Assembly: GCF_018977255.1 (NCBI RefSeq)
Contig: NW_024704743.1
Coordinates: 59,026,001-59,090,000 of the forward strand
DNA from: Callorhinchus milii
Taxonomy: Eukaryota
Direction of reading: 5' to 3'
Length of the DNA: 64,000 nt
Of this stretch, positions 28,043 to 40,670 are shown piece after piece (the stretch's first letter is position 1; each line of letters begins with the position of its first letter). A program made the translations under genes and the position numbers. The notes beneath the pieces are model-generated. The model was not told the DNA's origin and searched no databases. It was given only the letters and a program-made list of their open reading frames with translations.

Positions 28043-28400
28043 AAGCGTTTCACAGGATTTACTGTCAAGTGTAGCGAGTGCAGGCAAATGGCAAAGCAAA
28101 CGTCTCTCAAAACACTGATGATGCGAATGACCAATTTGATTTGGCGGAAAAAAATAACACTTGATTTGTGAGATTGTTGGTCAGGATACTGGGAGAAACT
28201 CCCTTCTCTTTTTGAGCAATGCCATGGAATCTTAAACATACACATGAACAGGTAGACAGGATCTCAAAGTACAATACAGCGCACACCCCCAGCAGTGCAC
28301 CAGACTTTCAGCCTAGCCTGTAGGAGTTCAAAGTCCCGACTTGGATCTTGAACCCATAACCTTCTGACTCAGAAGCAAGATTGCTACCGAACCAAGACAC
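28043..28400 (-). mobile_element. Type B Deu SINE whose tail runs directly into an L2 fragment
   Basis: Head at ~28340-28400 and Deu domain gccatggaatctt...; the tail stops at aagcgtttcacag, next to the L2 at 28042. Confidence 0.75.
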
Positions 28401-28795
28401 TAAATAGCTTCATGTTTTAAATCTACAGAGTACATCTCTATTCTCTTCCTCCCCACAAATGGGCTGATTGCCCAGCTCAAATACATCCCCTGAGTTACCA
28501 TCTCGCTCTCTTCTTGGCAAGCTCACCAGGACCCACTTGAGTCATTTGCTGCTGTATATTGTTTTTCTCTGACTAAAACAGCCTTTCTTAAACTGGAAGC
28601 CCGCATACTTCAGGCAGAATAAGACTTCAAACTCAAAGCCCAGGCCTCCAGTGTTATAAAATGCCAGCCACATGGCCAACAGTGCAGATAATATATTCCA
28701 TTTTCAATAATGTTCCCAAAATGACTGTCAGTCTGCACTACCTTGGATACTCCATCAGTATTTTGTTTGTCTACAAAATAGTCACTACACTATGT

Positions 28796-29110
28796 GGAGT
28801 TCTGTAGCTCAGTGGTTAGAGCACTCGCCTTGCAAGCGAGACACCTGGGTTCAATTCTCGGCAGGGTGAAACCTTGAGCAAGTTTCCTTACTCCACACAG
28901 AGCCTAATAATAATCCCTCCAAAAAAAATAATAAATTGGTCATTTTCAATCCACGACTGTTTGTAGAACACTGCTGTGCGCAATTGGCTGCCGCGTTTTG
29001 TCCACAAATGTACGGTCAATTCACTTCACAGCATATTCTGTGAAGCGCTTTGAGACATTGAGAAGACGTGAAAAGCGCTATATCAAATGCAAGGATTATT
29101 AGATTATTAT
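28796..29110 (+). mobile_element. Type A SINE, full length
   Basis: tRNA-Ala(TGC)-like head gtagctcagtggttagagcactcgccttgcaagcgag...gggttcaattc, Deu 3' core and (att)n tail. Confidence 0.9.
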
Positions 29111-29989
29111 ATACAACAAATGTTAAGAAATTTGAACACCCTCCTGACATGAAAGGCGATATACCAAAGGATTAATATTAAAATAAGTCTATTTCAGTTT
29201 ATAATAATACTTTCACTTGATTTAGCACCTCATCACATCATCGAGACATCGCCAAGCCCTTCATAGAATATACTGTAAAGTGAATTGACTGTATATTTTG
29301 TGGATATGTTATTACCAACACCATTTACTTTCTCACTCATCATTTGATAAGTAGTGCAAATCTTTTAAATTAAACAAATGAAATATTTTTACAGGGTGTC
29401 CACATTTTCAAACAATATATTGCTCATAAAATTCAAAAATTATATATTAACAGATAGCAGAAAATAAAAATGAATATTGTGTGATAGTCTGTGTGTCCAA
29501 GCCTTCCTGTCAACTCAACTGGTAGACTTTGTCATTAATATTTCACTTAAAACAGCCCTAATGCAATCAAACATCTAAGCCAAGTTAAATATTCACTAAA
29601 TTAGCTTCAACAGGCTCTCTTTATACATTCTCCTTTGCTTTTGCATCCAGAATTTTGCAGGTGTGTTTGACCATGTTTACTCTTTTCGCTAAAACAGCAG
29701 AACCATGAGGCATGGACTTCACGTAGCCACCAGCACCCTGCAACCAACTAGTACCCTACTCATTTTTTTAAAAAAAATGATTCTGCGATGGGAAGTTGGG
29801 TTTTCAGAAAGGTTGAGATTGAATGTGCCAAAAGGGCCATCTTATCCAAATCTCAACGACAACAACAACTTGTCTTTACATCGTACCATTCAAGCAGCAT
29901 CTTGGAGCGCTTAACAGGGGCAGAGGAATGTGCTCCGAGAAGCTACCCTGCGTGGAAGGCGCAATATAAGTGCAAGTTGTTGTTGTTGC

Positions 29990-30300
29990 CGATGAATGGG
30001 GGAAGGAAGGAGGTGACTATAAGCATGGTCGAGGAACATCTTCGTGCATGATCTAAAAACGGGGAGGAGGGGCAAGGCAGAAGGATTGTTTGACAACAGT
30101 TCCAAAGTTTTGGGGCGTAGTGGAGTCGCAGCTGGATTAGGCAAATTAGATTTGTGCGTCATCTGCATACATGTAGAAGTTGACCCCGTGTCTGTGGATG
30201 GCATTCACCATTTGGGAACATGTAGATGAGGAAAAGAAGGGGTCCAAGGATGGAGCCTTGGTGTACGCCACAGGTGAATGTGCAGGAGCAGGAGGAAAAT
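29990..30300 (-). mobile_element. L2-clade LINE RT core fragment
   Basis: Minus strand reads TCGVHQGSILGPLLFLIYM and, after a frameshift, HGVNFYMYADDAQI (YADD). Confidence 0.85.
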
Positions 30301-30714
30301 CCTATTACGGGAAGAAAAATCTATTATGATCATTTGTTGAGAAAGATCAATGCTGGAAACTCTTCCTTTACCTTGCTTTATTTATTTTAAAATGCATAAA
30401 ATCAGGTGTCAACCTGCTTCAGTTAGTAGCCCTCTCACCTCCATGTCAGAAAGTTATGGATTCAACTACCACGTCAAGACATTGACCTCATCATGGCAGG
30501 TTCACACTTCAGTGTAATAATATAATAATAATAATTCTTGCATTTGATACAGCGTTTTTCACGTCTTATCGACGTCTCAAAGCGCTTCACAGAATAGACT
30601 GTAAAATGAATTGACCGTATATTTCTGGGCGAATAACTATTCGTAGCTCTATTTGTAACTCTACCACCCACAAAATCTAGCTGACCCAAAACTCCACTGC
30701 CCAAATTCTCACCC

Positions 30715-31185
30715 ATAACATACTTGGCACCCCCATCACCCCAACAACGATATCAATAATTCACCCCAATCCTTACCAAACTCCACTTATTGCAGAACAG
30801 ATCAATTTGGAGATCCTCAACTTTGCTTACAAATCAATTCATGCCTTACCAACTCCTTAGGTCTCCGATTTGCTTACACCCCACTCCATTACCTGTTCCC
30901 TTCACTCTGCTGGCTCCAGCCTTCCACACGTCCCTTGTACCCTACACTACCATTGGCAGCCACACTTTAGGGCACTATGCTCAGAAACTTTGGAACGCTC
31001 TGCTTCAATAACTCCACCTTGACCCATCCTTGCCTGTTTTCAGAGCAGATCTGAACACCTTCCTTTTCAACTGTGCCTATGCACCCCCACCCCTGGTTAG
31101 GTAGGGATCAAACTCCACTAGGGTCAAGCACACTAAGATGCTATCCACATGAAGGGCTCTATATAAATGCAAGTTGTTCTTGTTT
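30715..31185 (+). mobile_element. L2-clade LINE 3' end with tail
   Basis: ITP..., QKLWNAL and a terminal ctatataaatgcaagttgtt tail. Confidence 0.75.
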
Positions 31186-34100
31186 TCACTACACATTATA
31201 GAAGCAAGATGATCGGCATTATATCAAATGCAAGGATTATTATTAAATGGATAGCTCTTACAGAAAACCAGCACAGAACAACGGGACAAATGGCCTATTT
31301 CTGGGCTGAATCATTCAGATCCTAAGGAGTCCACCATTACACAGCAGCCAGACTAGAGCTGATGAAATTCATATAACCAAGGTTGCCAATCTAAAAGTCA
31401 ATCCTGTCAATGAATTAAACTTATAACCCTGCAGCTGAAAGTCCCACAATCCGAAATACTACTGGAACAGGCTTCCCCTTGACCCTATCAAAAGCAATAG
31501 GTAAAGTTAAAAATAAAAAGTTGTCAACTATATATCATGCAGCAATGATAAATTCAGATTCGACATCGCCTTTCATACAGAAAGTTTGTTTCGATCATCG
31601 GGCATTGTGCAGAAATTGAAAGCAAAATGATTGTGTTCCTGAAATTTATCAACAAGGATCTCTAAAGCAACAGGTATAGCACATTGAATAAGAACAGTTG
31701 ATATAAAACTAAGGGCAGAACTATTTGATTAATCAACTAGAACGACACTTGATAAAGGTTCAGAGTGCCAGGCCTTCTACACAAGATTATTCAGCCAGTG
31801 TGCTACAGGAAACAAGTCTTTGAGCATGCTGACATGAATTAATGAGGCTGAGATTTCTATTCAACAAGGAATGAAGAGTGCAAACTTTCAATGCAGTCTC
31901 CAGTAGTTTCTTAATCAGCTCACGTGGCTACAGCTTTATAGATCATTCAATGTGCCTTCTATACACCAACAACCAGTACCATAAACCTCTGCAAGATGGA
32001 AAGGTACGTCTTCTATTGAAGTGCATGGGAACTGAAATCTTATCAATTTGGGCAAGTCACCAGCATGCCAGTAAAGCTGAATGACTAGTTGTAAAGAGAA
32101 ACTTTAATGAGGAATGGTTAATATTACATAGCAGAACTTTGCATTACAAAGTCCCTTAACAAACTTAAGACTTTGATTTTACCCACAACTATTGCCAAGC
32201 AATTGGTAATACAGTAACTGCAAATACTCAGCTTTCATGCCATTGCAATCCAGCCCTTTTTTCCCCCTTAATCATTTCTCAGATGTTACTAGACATAATC
32301 CTTCAAGATTCAAATGCGAGGATTGAAGGTACATGAATAGGATTTCAACATTTATTCCCCAATTTCACTTCTAGTGACATAACCGGTCGGACACATGCCT
32401 CAAAACAGCAGCACAGCCCATTCACACATGGCTGGAGATCATTTCACAACGAAAAACAAAGAGACAAATATCACGTGCTGCATAGATGCTTCAATGCATT
32501 GTGATACAAAACGGTCACTCCAACAGCACAGCCAGGAGTCGGACTCGAAACAGCAGGGTGGCACATTCAGGCAATTTCACAGAGAAAAATCATGCTAAAA
32601 TTAAAGTAGCACAATAGTTCACTAATATAGTGTGCCTAGAATTTTAGGAAATGGCTCCACCAACAGTTCATCGCACGGTACGTTGTCAATCTAAATCACA
32701 CAATCAGGAAAAAGCTGCTCACAAAGACATGGCATGGCATTACGCTGTACTATGATAGGAATAGGAAAGAGAGAAGAGAATGAAACAAAATTAAATGACG
32801 GACGGGACACTACAAGCAACTCAAACTGAATACTACCAGCCAGAAGAGTGGCATTGCCATGGTGTTAGATGGGTAACCTGTCTGCCTACCCTCTTAGCTG
32901 GACTACGGAGCAGAGCAACCTTAAAAAAAGCATCAACAATAGTAGAAAGGGCAGGACATCAATTGTTTAATTATCCTCTCCCACCTCAAAGGTTGAAAGC
33001 TATTATGGGCCAATAATCCCCCCCCACCCACACACTCAATCAAATACAAGCATTATTATTATTATAACTGGAAGGGCAGGACAAAACAGACCAGTCTGCA
33101 GAGATCTTCACAAGCACCATCACTCATCTTCTTTGGTTACTGAATTGTTCTGTATAATGTGCAATCTGACGCCTAGGGCAAAATTACAAAAGGAAACGCG
33201 TATTTCACATAGGAACTAGGGTCAGAGCTTGTTTTATTTATTACAGCTGAGTTTTGAGCAGTTTCACCAATTAATCATATCAGGATTTTAGGAAGGAATG
33301 ACTCAAAGAAGTTTGCAAAATTTAAGGGAATTGCACTTTCTTTCTCCCACCCCTCCTTCCTCCCACTGGATAGTTTCACACTCCAATAAATCAGATGTTC
33401 CAACCAAGAGTATGATACCCCACCATGGAAATCCCTGTGGTAAATGTTAGTTTAGAATAGAATGTGAAACAAATTGTTAAAAAGAGTCTAATGATCCGGG
33501 ATGGAGCTGCCATAATCTTTTTTAAAAATTAATCGATTTATGCACGCACAATAAACCTAGCCTGCAAGACTAACACTTTGAGTTTATAGACAAACTGCAA
33601 TATTCATATACCAATAATTACTGGTACCATACTAAAGGTTTGGAATTTGTTACGCTGCAAAAAGCAATAGCAGAGATATATTTTTCAGTGCTAAAGGCAA
33701 CTTAACTGATGGGGAATATTTATGAACCCGCCTCTAACAGTTCAAATGACTGGGGAAATGTTATTAATTCCCAACCCGGTCTGAATCCGACTTAATTGAC
33801 AAAGTGGGTTCTCACTTAGTTGGGTGTATGCCATGTAGGGAAAAGAAGTAACATCTCAATGGTCAAACCACTATACCAAAACCAACATTCCTGCCTGAAA
33901 TACACTTCCTATTAGTTGACCTTGAAGTGATAATGACGGTTGTGTATGATGCATTTCTTAAGGTAACCCCACCATATAAAGAGATTTCAATGGTGATATG
34001 TAATACCCAATTTTACTGGAGGGGGTGGAACAAGGGGAGGAAAACTGACATGAAGTTAGTGAAATTAGTTAAAATACAAAGACTATGTGGCCACAGTAAA

Positions 34101-36005
34101 TCCAAACATAAGTCATGAAAACATTGTCACACTGTGTGACATCTTGGAAGTCAACACATGAGAAAACACTGGAAGTCAAAACACCTCCATTATTTTGGTA
34201 GCATTCTAATGCCAAACAGGCATAGTGCTGAGCTCTGAGCATTAGTCAAGTGGCAAACTTACAAGAAATCTAGGGCTAAAGAAATGCTGTGAGGGGAACT
34301 GGCCTCAGGGAAAGCAAGAGCTCAGTAACTCAGTCTTACTGTGTATACACAGTACAATCAATTTGCTTTTTTTTAAAAAAACAAAATTTAAGGTGACTTG
34401 ATGAACAGCTATAATTGGGGTGTTGATGCTCAACCATCTTGAGAGTGGGGAGCGGAGGAGGGCTTAGGATTCGTTCACGCAGCGTTACTACCCTGTGTCT
34501 GTGGGCTTTCCCCCATTGGGATCATTGAAATAATGATCAATGCCTGTTCCATTATTTAACTGGTGCAATCGCGCCACACTATACATTAGCACCATGATAG
34601 ACACAATATGATCAGTGCACAGTCTAGTGCGGTGGAACAATATGGGTCTTGCACTAAGGGGAGGACAATCTCAAAATAATTATGATCTGTACTCTACAAA
34701 GCAGTCGGATTATAGTGATGGGTTCAATTGTGTAAAGCCGAACTATCACAAACCACACAGAATAAAAGCGACTGTGAAGATATACTGCCCCAATATTGCC
34801 AAGGTCAAGCCATCACAAGCCATAAGCTTTTATTTTTAGAAAAACAATGACAGATTGTAAATCCATTGAAATAAAGACATCTCCCCCCTCCCTTTAAAAA
34901 AGACAGGGAGGCAGATTAACCCCCACCTCATATGCAAATCTAACAGAGTGCCACTGGAAAGAAGTGACACTTGTCAAGTCCCCTGCTTCAAAACGCTGGT
35001 TTATAATGCCACAGGGGTCACGATTATTAAAGAGCCCCTGTGAACTATTCATCTTTTTAATCCAAATTCCAAAACACCACAATCACTGCACCAATTAAAT
35101 ATGTATTTGCTTTCCATCCACAACTTGGATTTTTTTTAATGTTCTTCATCCCTGCCGCCACCAAACAACAGCCTTGGATATTAAAAACATCGAGGGATTT
35201 TAACTGTAAACCCATTCATCTTTCATTAAAAAAGACACTTTAATCCTGGACAGCTCATCTGTGCACAAAAAGTGACACCAATTCTGAACACTACATTTCA
35301 ACCAAGGTACAAGTACTAAATGCGAATGAGGATTGCAATTTCTTTTTGAAAACTGTACCTCTGCCTCGCTCAAATCTTTATGTGTTTGGTTTACCACACA
35401 GGAACCATAATGTTGGTAGTGTTACCCTCCTCTCGGTTAAAATGAATTAAACTGTTGGATTACTCAGGTGCAATAAAATCAATCTTTCCATCAAAACAGC
35501 AATGAATCAAGGTATTCGACATTTCTCTAAAATTCAACATCCTCCAAACCCCAATCTGACTTTAAAATCCAAATCATTAAAACCTGTTCACTTCTGATTC
35601 TGATAACATATAAGGGAGACTGGAATTATGTTTGCAAGCAACATTGGCGAGTACGATATGAGCTTTGTAGTCAATCTGTAATAGATGCTGAACAGTCATA
35701 CAGCATCTGAACGCAACTGTGTAGAATATTTGGAGGAGGTGTGATAGACGAAAAAGCAAAACAAGAACTTTCAAACTACAAAAACACAGGACAGGCTGGA
35801 GCTAGTCTCCAGTTTACACACAAGAAAACCCTATCCAATCCCAGGCTTTATCCAGTTACCTCCCAGCAATGGTCTGTCTGTCAGCGTGTTTCTTTCTGCA
35901 TCTTCTGAGGAAGACAGCTCGCCAAAGCTTCAAAAAAAAAGTCTTCAATGTGCATTCTTGCAGAAAAAAATGTTTGGAAATGAATGGAGAAAGACTGAGA
36001 GGGTT

Positions 36006-36007
36006 GT

Positions 36008-36057
<50 letters not shown>
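36006..36057. repeat. Compound microsatellite (TG)n(GA)n. Others at 10823-10858, 38381-38445, 39557-39635 and 40290-40313
   Basis: Visible directly in the sequence. Confidence 0.95.
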
Positions 36058-38610
36058 CCTGGTCAGTACTGATGTTTGCCTTTAATAAACGCACTGCACA
36101 GTTCATTCTCATACAATGGTAAATCTGTGCAGAAAGGATCCACACCGACTAAATTAACTGGGAGACTTGCTCCGAGGCTCCTGATGTCGGGAAATATATA
36201 TTCGGGAGCAGTTTGGGGGTGGGGGGGTGGGGGTGGGTGCATGTGGGTATGTGCATGGATGGGACACAGTTTCTAAGAATTCAGAGCAAACAACATCTCA
36301 TCCCAATTCATGGCAGCAGGTCCGACAACAAGCAGGTTACATAAACAGCCAAATGTAAACAACCCGCAGCTTCACTCTTATTAAACCTGCACATAATGAC
36401 CCGAAAACTAACCACCATCGATTCCTGGGGTGGGGGGGGGGGGGGAGCTGTATCTGGTTTAATGTAAACCAGCTCACCTTGCATTTTCACACAATGATGC
36501 AAAAACGTACATTTGTTTTTCACCCATTTTGATGAGCAAAATGCAAGTTTAGCATTATGTCTCTGCGGTCCGTGTATTTATGCATATGAGGGGAGGGGGG
36601 ATGTATGCTTCTGTGCAGTTTCTTCTCTCCCCCCCACCCCCCTCACTCTCACACACACGTTTGAATGAATTAAAACGCCACAAGCCTTGGTCCATGTGGT
36701 GTTGTCTGAATGCCAAGTGCTTTCGGCAGCATTGCATAAAGCAGCCCTTTCTCCGACCCTGAATGTCCTCTTAAAAATATCTTCTGCCCCGAACTTAAAT
36801 CGCCTTCGTTTCGAGGGACCGACTGTGAACGATTAAAATCAGATTCCCAGCCGCTGGTCATCACGCACGTCTGCAGCAGACAGGGACTCGGTACAAATGC
36901 AATCGTTACCATTTCATTCATGTTTTTCTTTCTCTTCCCCCCACCCCCTCCCTCCCTCCCTCCCTCTCCTTTCAGGATTTTTTTTTTTTAAATTTTTTTG
37001 TGCATCATCGCACTTCATGCTGGTGAGGAAGATAAAACCCTTAAAGCATAAGCTCAGTAACTGTGGGCCCTGCCTTCAGCAGTGCACTCGGCTCATAAAC
37101 AACCTGAACGTCAGGAGGAAAGGTGACATTTTAATCTGGTTATGAAAACAAATACGTAAAACGATGAGCCCTGACGTGAAGCAATTCTTGAAACCAGGGA
37201 GCTTTGCACGTACCGAACACAAACGCACACAAAATACAGATAGCAACCAGACATCAGCACAAAGACGCCTTTGCTTCCACCTTCAAGTTCAACCCCTACA
37301 CAAACAAATGCGGCATATCAGAGCCATTCATGTTTGCAGCCTTTTCCTCCCAGTCCGAGCCATGTCGTACACGTCGCATGAATGCACACGTCAACATTCA
37401 GAACTTGTTTGCGTATTTTTTTTGAAACAAATGCAATGCTTTACGCAGCACCATTGCACATTATATACAACCATGTTGCCAATCTGCAGTGAAAGCTCTC
37501 TGTTGGAGCAATTGCTCGTGGCAAAACACTGAAGTGTGCCATGGAAATGGTGAAAATATGGATTTACCACCTCGAACAGTGAGTGGGGGGGGTTGGTTTA
37601 AAAGAAAAGCAGAAAACGCTTTAATCTTTTGCAAGCGATGGATTTTTACAGGTTTGGTCCTTGAAACTTAGTGTGTTTTTTTTTCTTTTGGCTCATAGTA
37701 TTCGTGCTTCTGATTGAGAGGGAAGCAGAATCTGACCTGATGGTCACCACGCCTCCAGCAGCCAGATGCCAGCAAAACACTTTTTGTGGAAGGAAGAAAC
37801 ATGAAAGCTGACGGTACCACAAAGTGACATTTGAGGTGCGAAAAAAAAATGCTTTCAGTAACGGAAAGAGCATCCGAACAGACCCCGACACCAGCCCCGG
37901 GATTGCATATGGTTATTTTGAGTCAGTGTTATATAATATATGCTCTGTACTTGTGCATTTTGATCCGCTGAAAAGATAAAAGCTGAAATAATGCTGAAAT
38001 AATAAGAGTTCCCCCGGGGGGGGAGGGGGGAGGGGGAGGGGGACATTCTTCAACTCCTTTCTGTGTCAATAAATAGACGAAAACAAAAGCTAAATCGCTA
38101 CAGTTTAGATCCTCTTCCGCACGAACGAAAACACGAGCGCTCCGATCCCCGCGGCTCTGTCACCGCTCCCGGACCCCGGACCCCGGACCCCCTCTCATTC
38201 AACACAGAAACACACCATTGCAGTCTGTCTCCCAACGCGCACATCTGTGAGAGACCACAACAGCGCTCCACCCTCCGGGGCTCAGTGCTTCTGGTGCAGC
38301 TCTGCAAACTGGGAGTTTATTAACCGAGTCAATGAGCGCATCTCAGTGATCTTTCACTGTGGCTTATTTACACCCCTCCAACACACACACACACACACAC
38401 ATATATATAGATATATATGTATATATGATACAGTATATATATATAGCAACATTTAGCGATCCTGATCGGCAGTGCTGTACACAGCATAAACAAAGCCGAG
38501 CTCTGCTTTGCGGACAGAGCGGAAAAACAACCTGATTTACCGGGAGAGTGCAGCACAGTGCGGGGCTGTGCGGGGTGATACCGGGGGGGGGGGGGGGGCA
38601 GACGGTGTAC

Positions 38611-39022
38611 CTTTGCAGACCGGGGAGCTGGGGCTCCTTCTCTCAGGTGAGCTCCTGTTGTCAGGGGAGCGTCGGTGTCTCACGCGTCCATCGGCGGCGG
38701 CGGCGGTGGCGGCGGCGGCCGGAGCCCAGAGCGGAGTGGGCGAGGAGGTGGGCGAAGGCTTTTGGCTGTTGGACGCGGTGGATGTGGCGGCTGTTGAGGT
38801 CGAGGTGGTCGCTGTTGATGCTGGAGCAGGAGAGGAGGAGGAGGAGGAGGAGGAAGCGGCCGCGGCTGTGGCTGTGGCCGGTGCCGGGGAGCAGGGGGAG
38901 CGGGTGGGGCTGCTGTTTCCCTGCCGCAGCTGGAAGGGGACCGTGGCCCTGATGGGCTGCAGGCGGTTGGAGGTCGGAGAACCGTTGCGCCGCACTCGCT
39001 GGGAAGCGGGTTGCGAGGACAT
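38611..39022 (-). CDS. GLCCI1: GLCCI1 (FAM117 family) coding exon 1, 137 codons + 1 nt (MSSQPASQRVRRNGSPT...RSSPERRSPSSPVCK)
   Basis: ATG at 39022-39020 in gccATG context. Contains family motifs RLQPIRATVPFQL and RSSPERRSPSSPVCK. Donor AAAG|gtacac with GT at 38610-38609, phase 1, joins exon 2 in frame (G+TC = Val). Lies in a CpG island. Confidence 0.9.
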
Positions 39023-39294
39023 GGCGAGCGGGGCGGCGGCGGCGGCTTCTTCCTCCGAATTTGCAAATGATTTCAGAACGAGGAAGAGAGGAGGGAGAGT
39101 GGGAGAGAGAGTGGGAGAGAGAGAGAGAGAGCGCAGGAGGTGGCGGCGGCTGAACAAAAAAAAACTATATAAAAAACACAATTCTAGCAAAAAAAAATGT
39201 CCGGAATCCCGAGTCCTCTCTGCACTGCACGAGGAGAGAGGGGGAGGGAGGGAGGGAGGGAGGGGGGGAGAAGTGGGGGGGATCCCCGGCACCT

Positions 39295-39312
39295 TCACCG
39301 GCGACAACACAT
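39295..39312 (-). other. Candidate uORF (MCCRR*) in the putative GLCCI1 5' leader
   Basis: The only ATG on the minus strand between 39700 and the main ATG. ATG TGT TGT CGC CGG TGA, A at -3, out of frame with the CDS. Depends on the unknown TSS position. Confidence 0.4.
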
Positions 39313-39564
39313 AATACCTTATTGTTTATAGCCGCCGCCGCTCTCTTCCCTCTGCAGACACCGCGGGGCGATGTGGGGACTTTATAGGAATGGGGAGGGA
39401 GGCGGGTGGGGGGGGGGTGGGTGTATTTTTTGGGGTGATGGTAGTGGGGGGGAGGGTCTCCCTTACAGTTGTTGCTGCTTTTTTTTTGGGGGGGGGGTGG
39501 GGGGAGTGTGGAGAGCGATGAAAAGAGCAAAAATCCGGTGGTGTTGTTGGTGCTGCGAGTGAGT

Positions 39565-39599
<35 letters not shown>

Positions 39600-39699
39600 G
39601 CTGCTGAGAGAGCACAGTCTGTGTGTGTGTGTGTGGGGGTGTGTGGGTGTCTGTGGTGGAGGTGCACGAGCTGCTCCCGGGCCCGGCGCCGCGCGCCTC

Positions 39700-40147
39700 T
39701 GATTGACAGCTCAGCTCATCTCCCCCCTCCATCCCATCCCCAGCGCCGTGCGAGTGGGGGGGGGAGGAGCCCTTTGATCGACAGCCGCCCGAGCCAATCA
39801 GTCCCCCACCTCCTCCCCGAGATTGACAGCCGCGTCTCCGCCCCCTCCGCAAAGCACCGTCCAAGCTGGGCGGTGCCACAGACCGGGGCAGGGGGGCGGG
39901 GCTGCACTGCGCCAGCGGCCGCCTGCCATTGGCCTTCAGCGCAACCCGCGGGCCGCCCCCGCCCCCCCCCAGGGTGATTGACGGGCCCGCGCTCCTATCA
40001 GGGCGGCCAGCGCTCTCACGCGCGTGGTCGCTTTCGCGTCCAATCAGCAGGCGGGAAAGCGGGGAGGGGGGCGTGGTTTGGGGGGCGTGTGACCAGCCCC
40101 CTCTGACTGACGGGACAATGTGTGGGACCGCGCTCAGTGACTGACAG
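39700..40147 (+). promoter_or_regulatory. Cluster of six TGANTGACAG-like (PBX-PREP/MEIS decamer) sites with CCAAT boxes
   Basis: TGATTGACAG 39700, TGATCGACAG 39775, AGATTGACAG 39820, TGATTGACGG 39975, TGACTGACGG 40104 and TGACTGACAG 40138, all on the same strand. Confidence 0.6.
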
Positions 40148-40469
40148 CAGCATGTTCCAGTCAGTCAGTGCAGCACCACCTCCAGACCTCCGGAGGGGGC
40201 AGTGTTTGACATACATGGCATTAGTAATGAAGTTGAATAAAATGTATTAGAAACTGGAGGGTTTCTTTCCTCTTAGCTCAACCCCCCCCACACACACACA
40301 CACACACACACACCTTTCCGGTTATCCTGCCCCATATTTCCTCCTTATTCAAGTTCACTCAAAATTCAAATGATCAGTAATCCTTGCATCTGATGTGGAG
40401 CCTTATCATGTTGTGGAGGCGTCTCAAAGCGCTTCACAGAATATACTGTGAAGTGTGCATCCGTTCCCC

Positions 40470-40670
40470 TCACCGAGGACACTTTTTCCCGCCTCCATCA
40501 CATTGACCGCCTCCGTCCATACCTCACAACCAACGCAGTCGAAACCCTCGCCCACGCCTTCGTCACTTTCCCAGCTGGACTATGCCAACGCCCTCCTCGC
40601 TGGTCTCCCCAGCTCCACCATACATAAAATGCCATTAACTCAAAACTCCACTGCCCGGTCTCAACAAAGA
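40470..40670 (+). mobile_element. L2-clade LINE fragment
   Basis: LRPYLTTNAVETLAHAFVT and QLDYANALLAGLPSSTIHK, with a frameshift between them. Confidence 0.8.

Larger units (their letters stand above)
38050..40150. promoter_or_regulatory. CpG island spanning the GLCCI1 promoter, 5' leader, exon 1 and start of intron 1
   Basis: Sharp rise in GC and CpG content against an AT-rich, CpG-poor background. GC boxes (GGGGCGGGGC near 39893). CCAAT at 39794 and 40040, ATTGG at 39928. No TATA box seen in the GC-box/CCAAT region. Confidence 0.85.

Noticed and set aside
28796..28870. tRNA-Ala(TGC) gene
   Set aside because: This is a SINE head: it has no 3' acceptor stem and continues into the SINE body in multiple copies.
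38537..39310. 257-aa single-exon protein as given in the ORF track
   Set aside because: It reads through the donor at 38610 and starts at a GTG. The supported coding part is 39022-38611.
38508..39314. 268-aa plus-strand ORF and other overlapping ORFs in the CpG island
   Set aside because: Antisense shadows of GC-rich, low-complexity exon 1. They have non-ATG starts and no recognisable domain.
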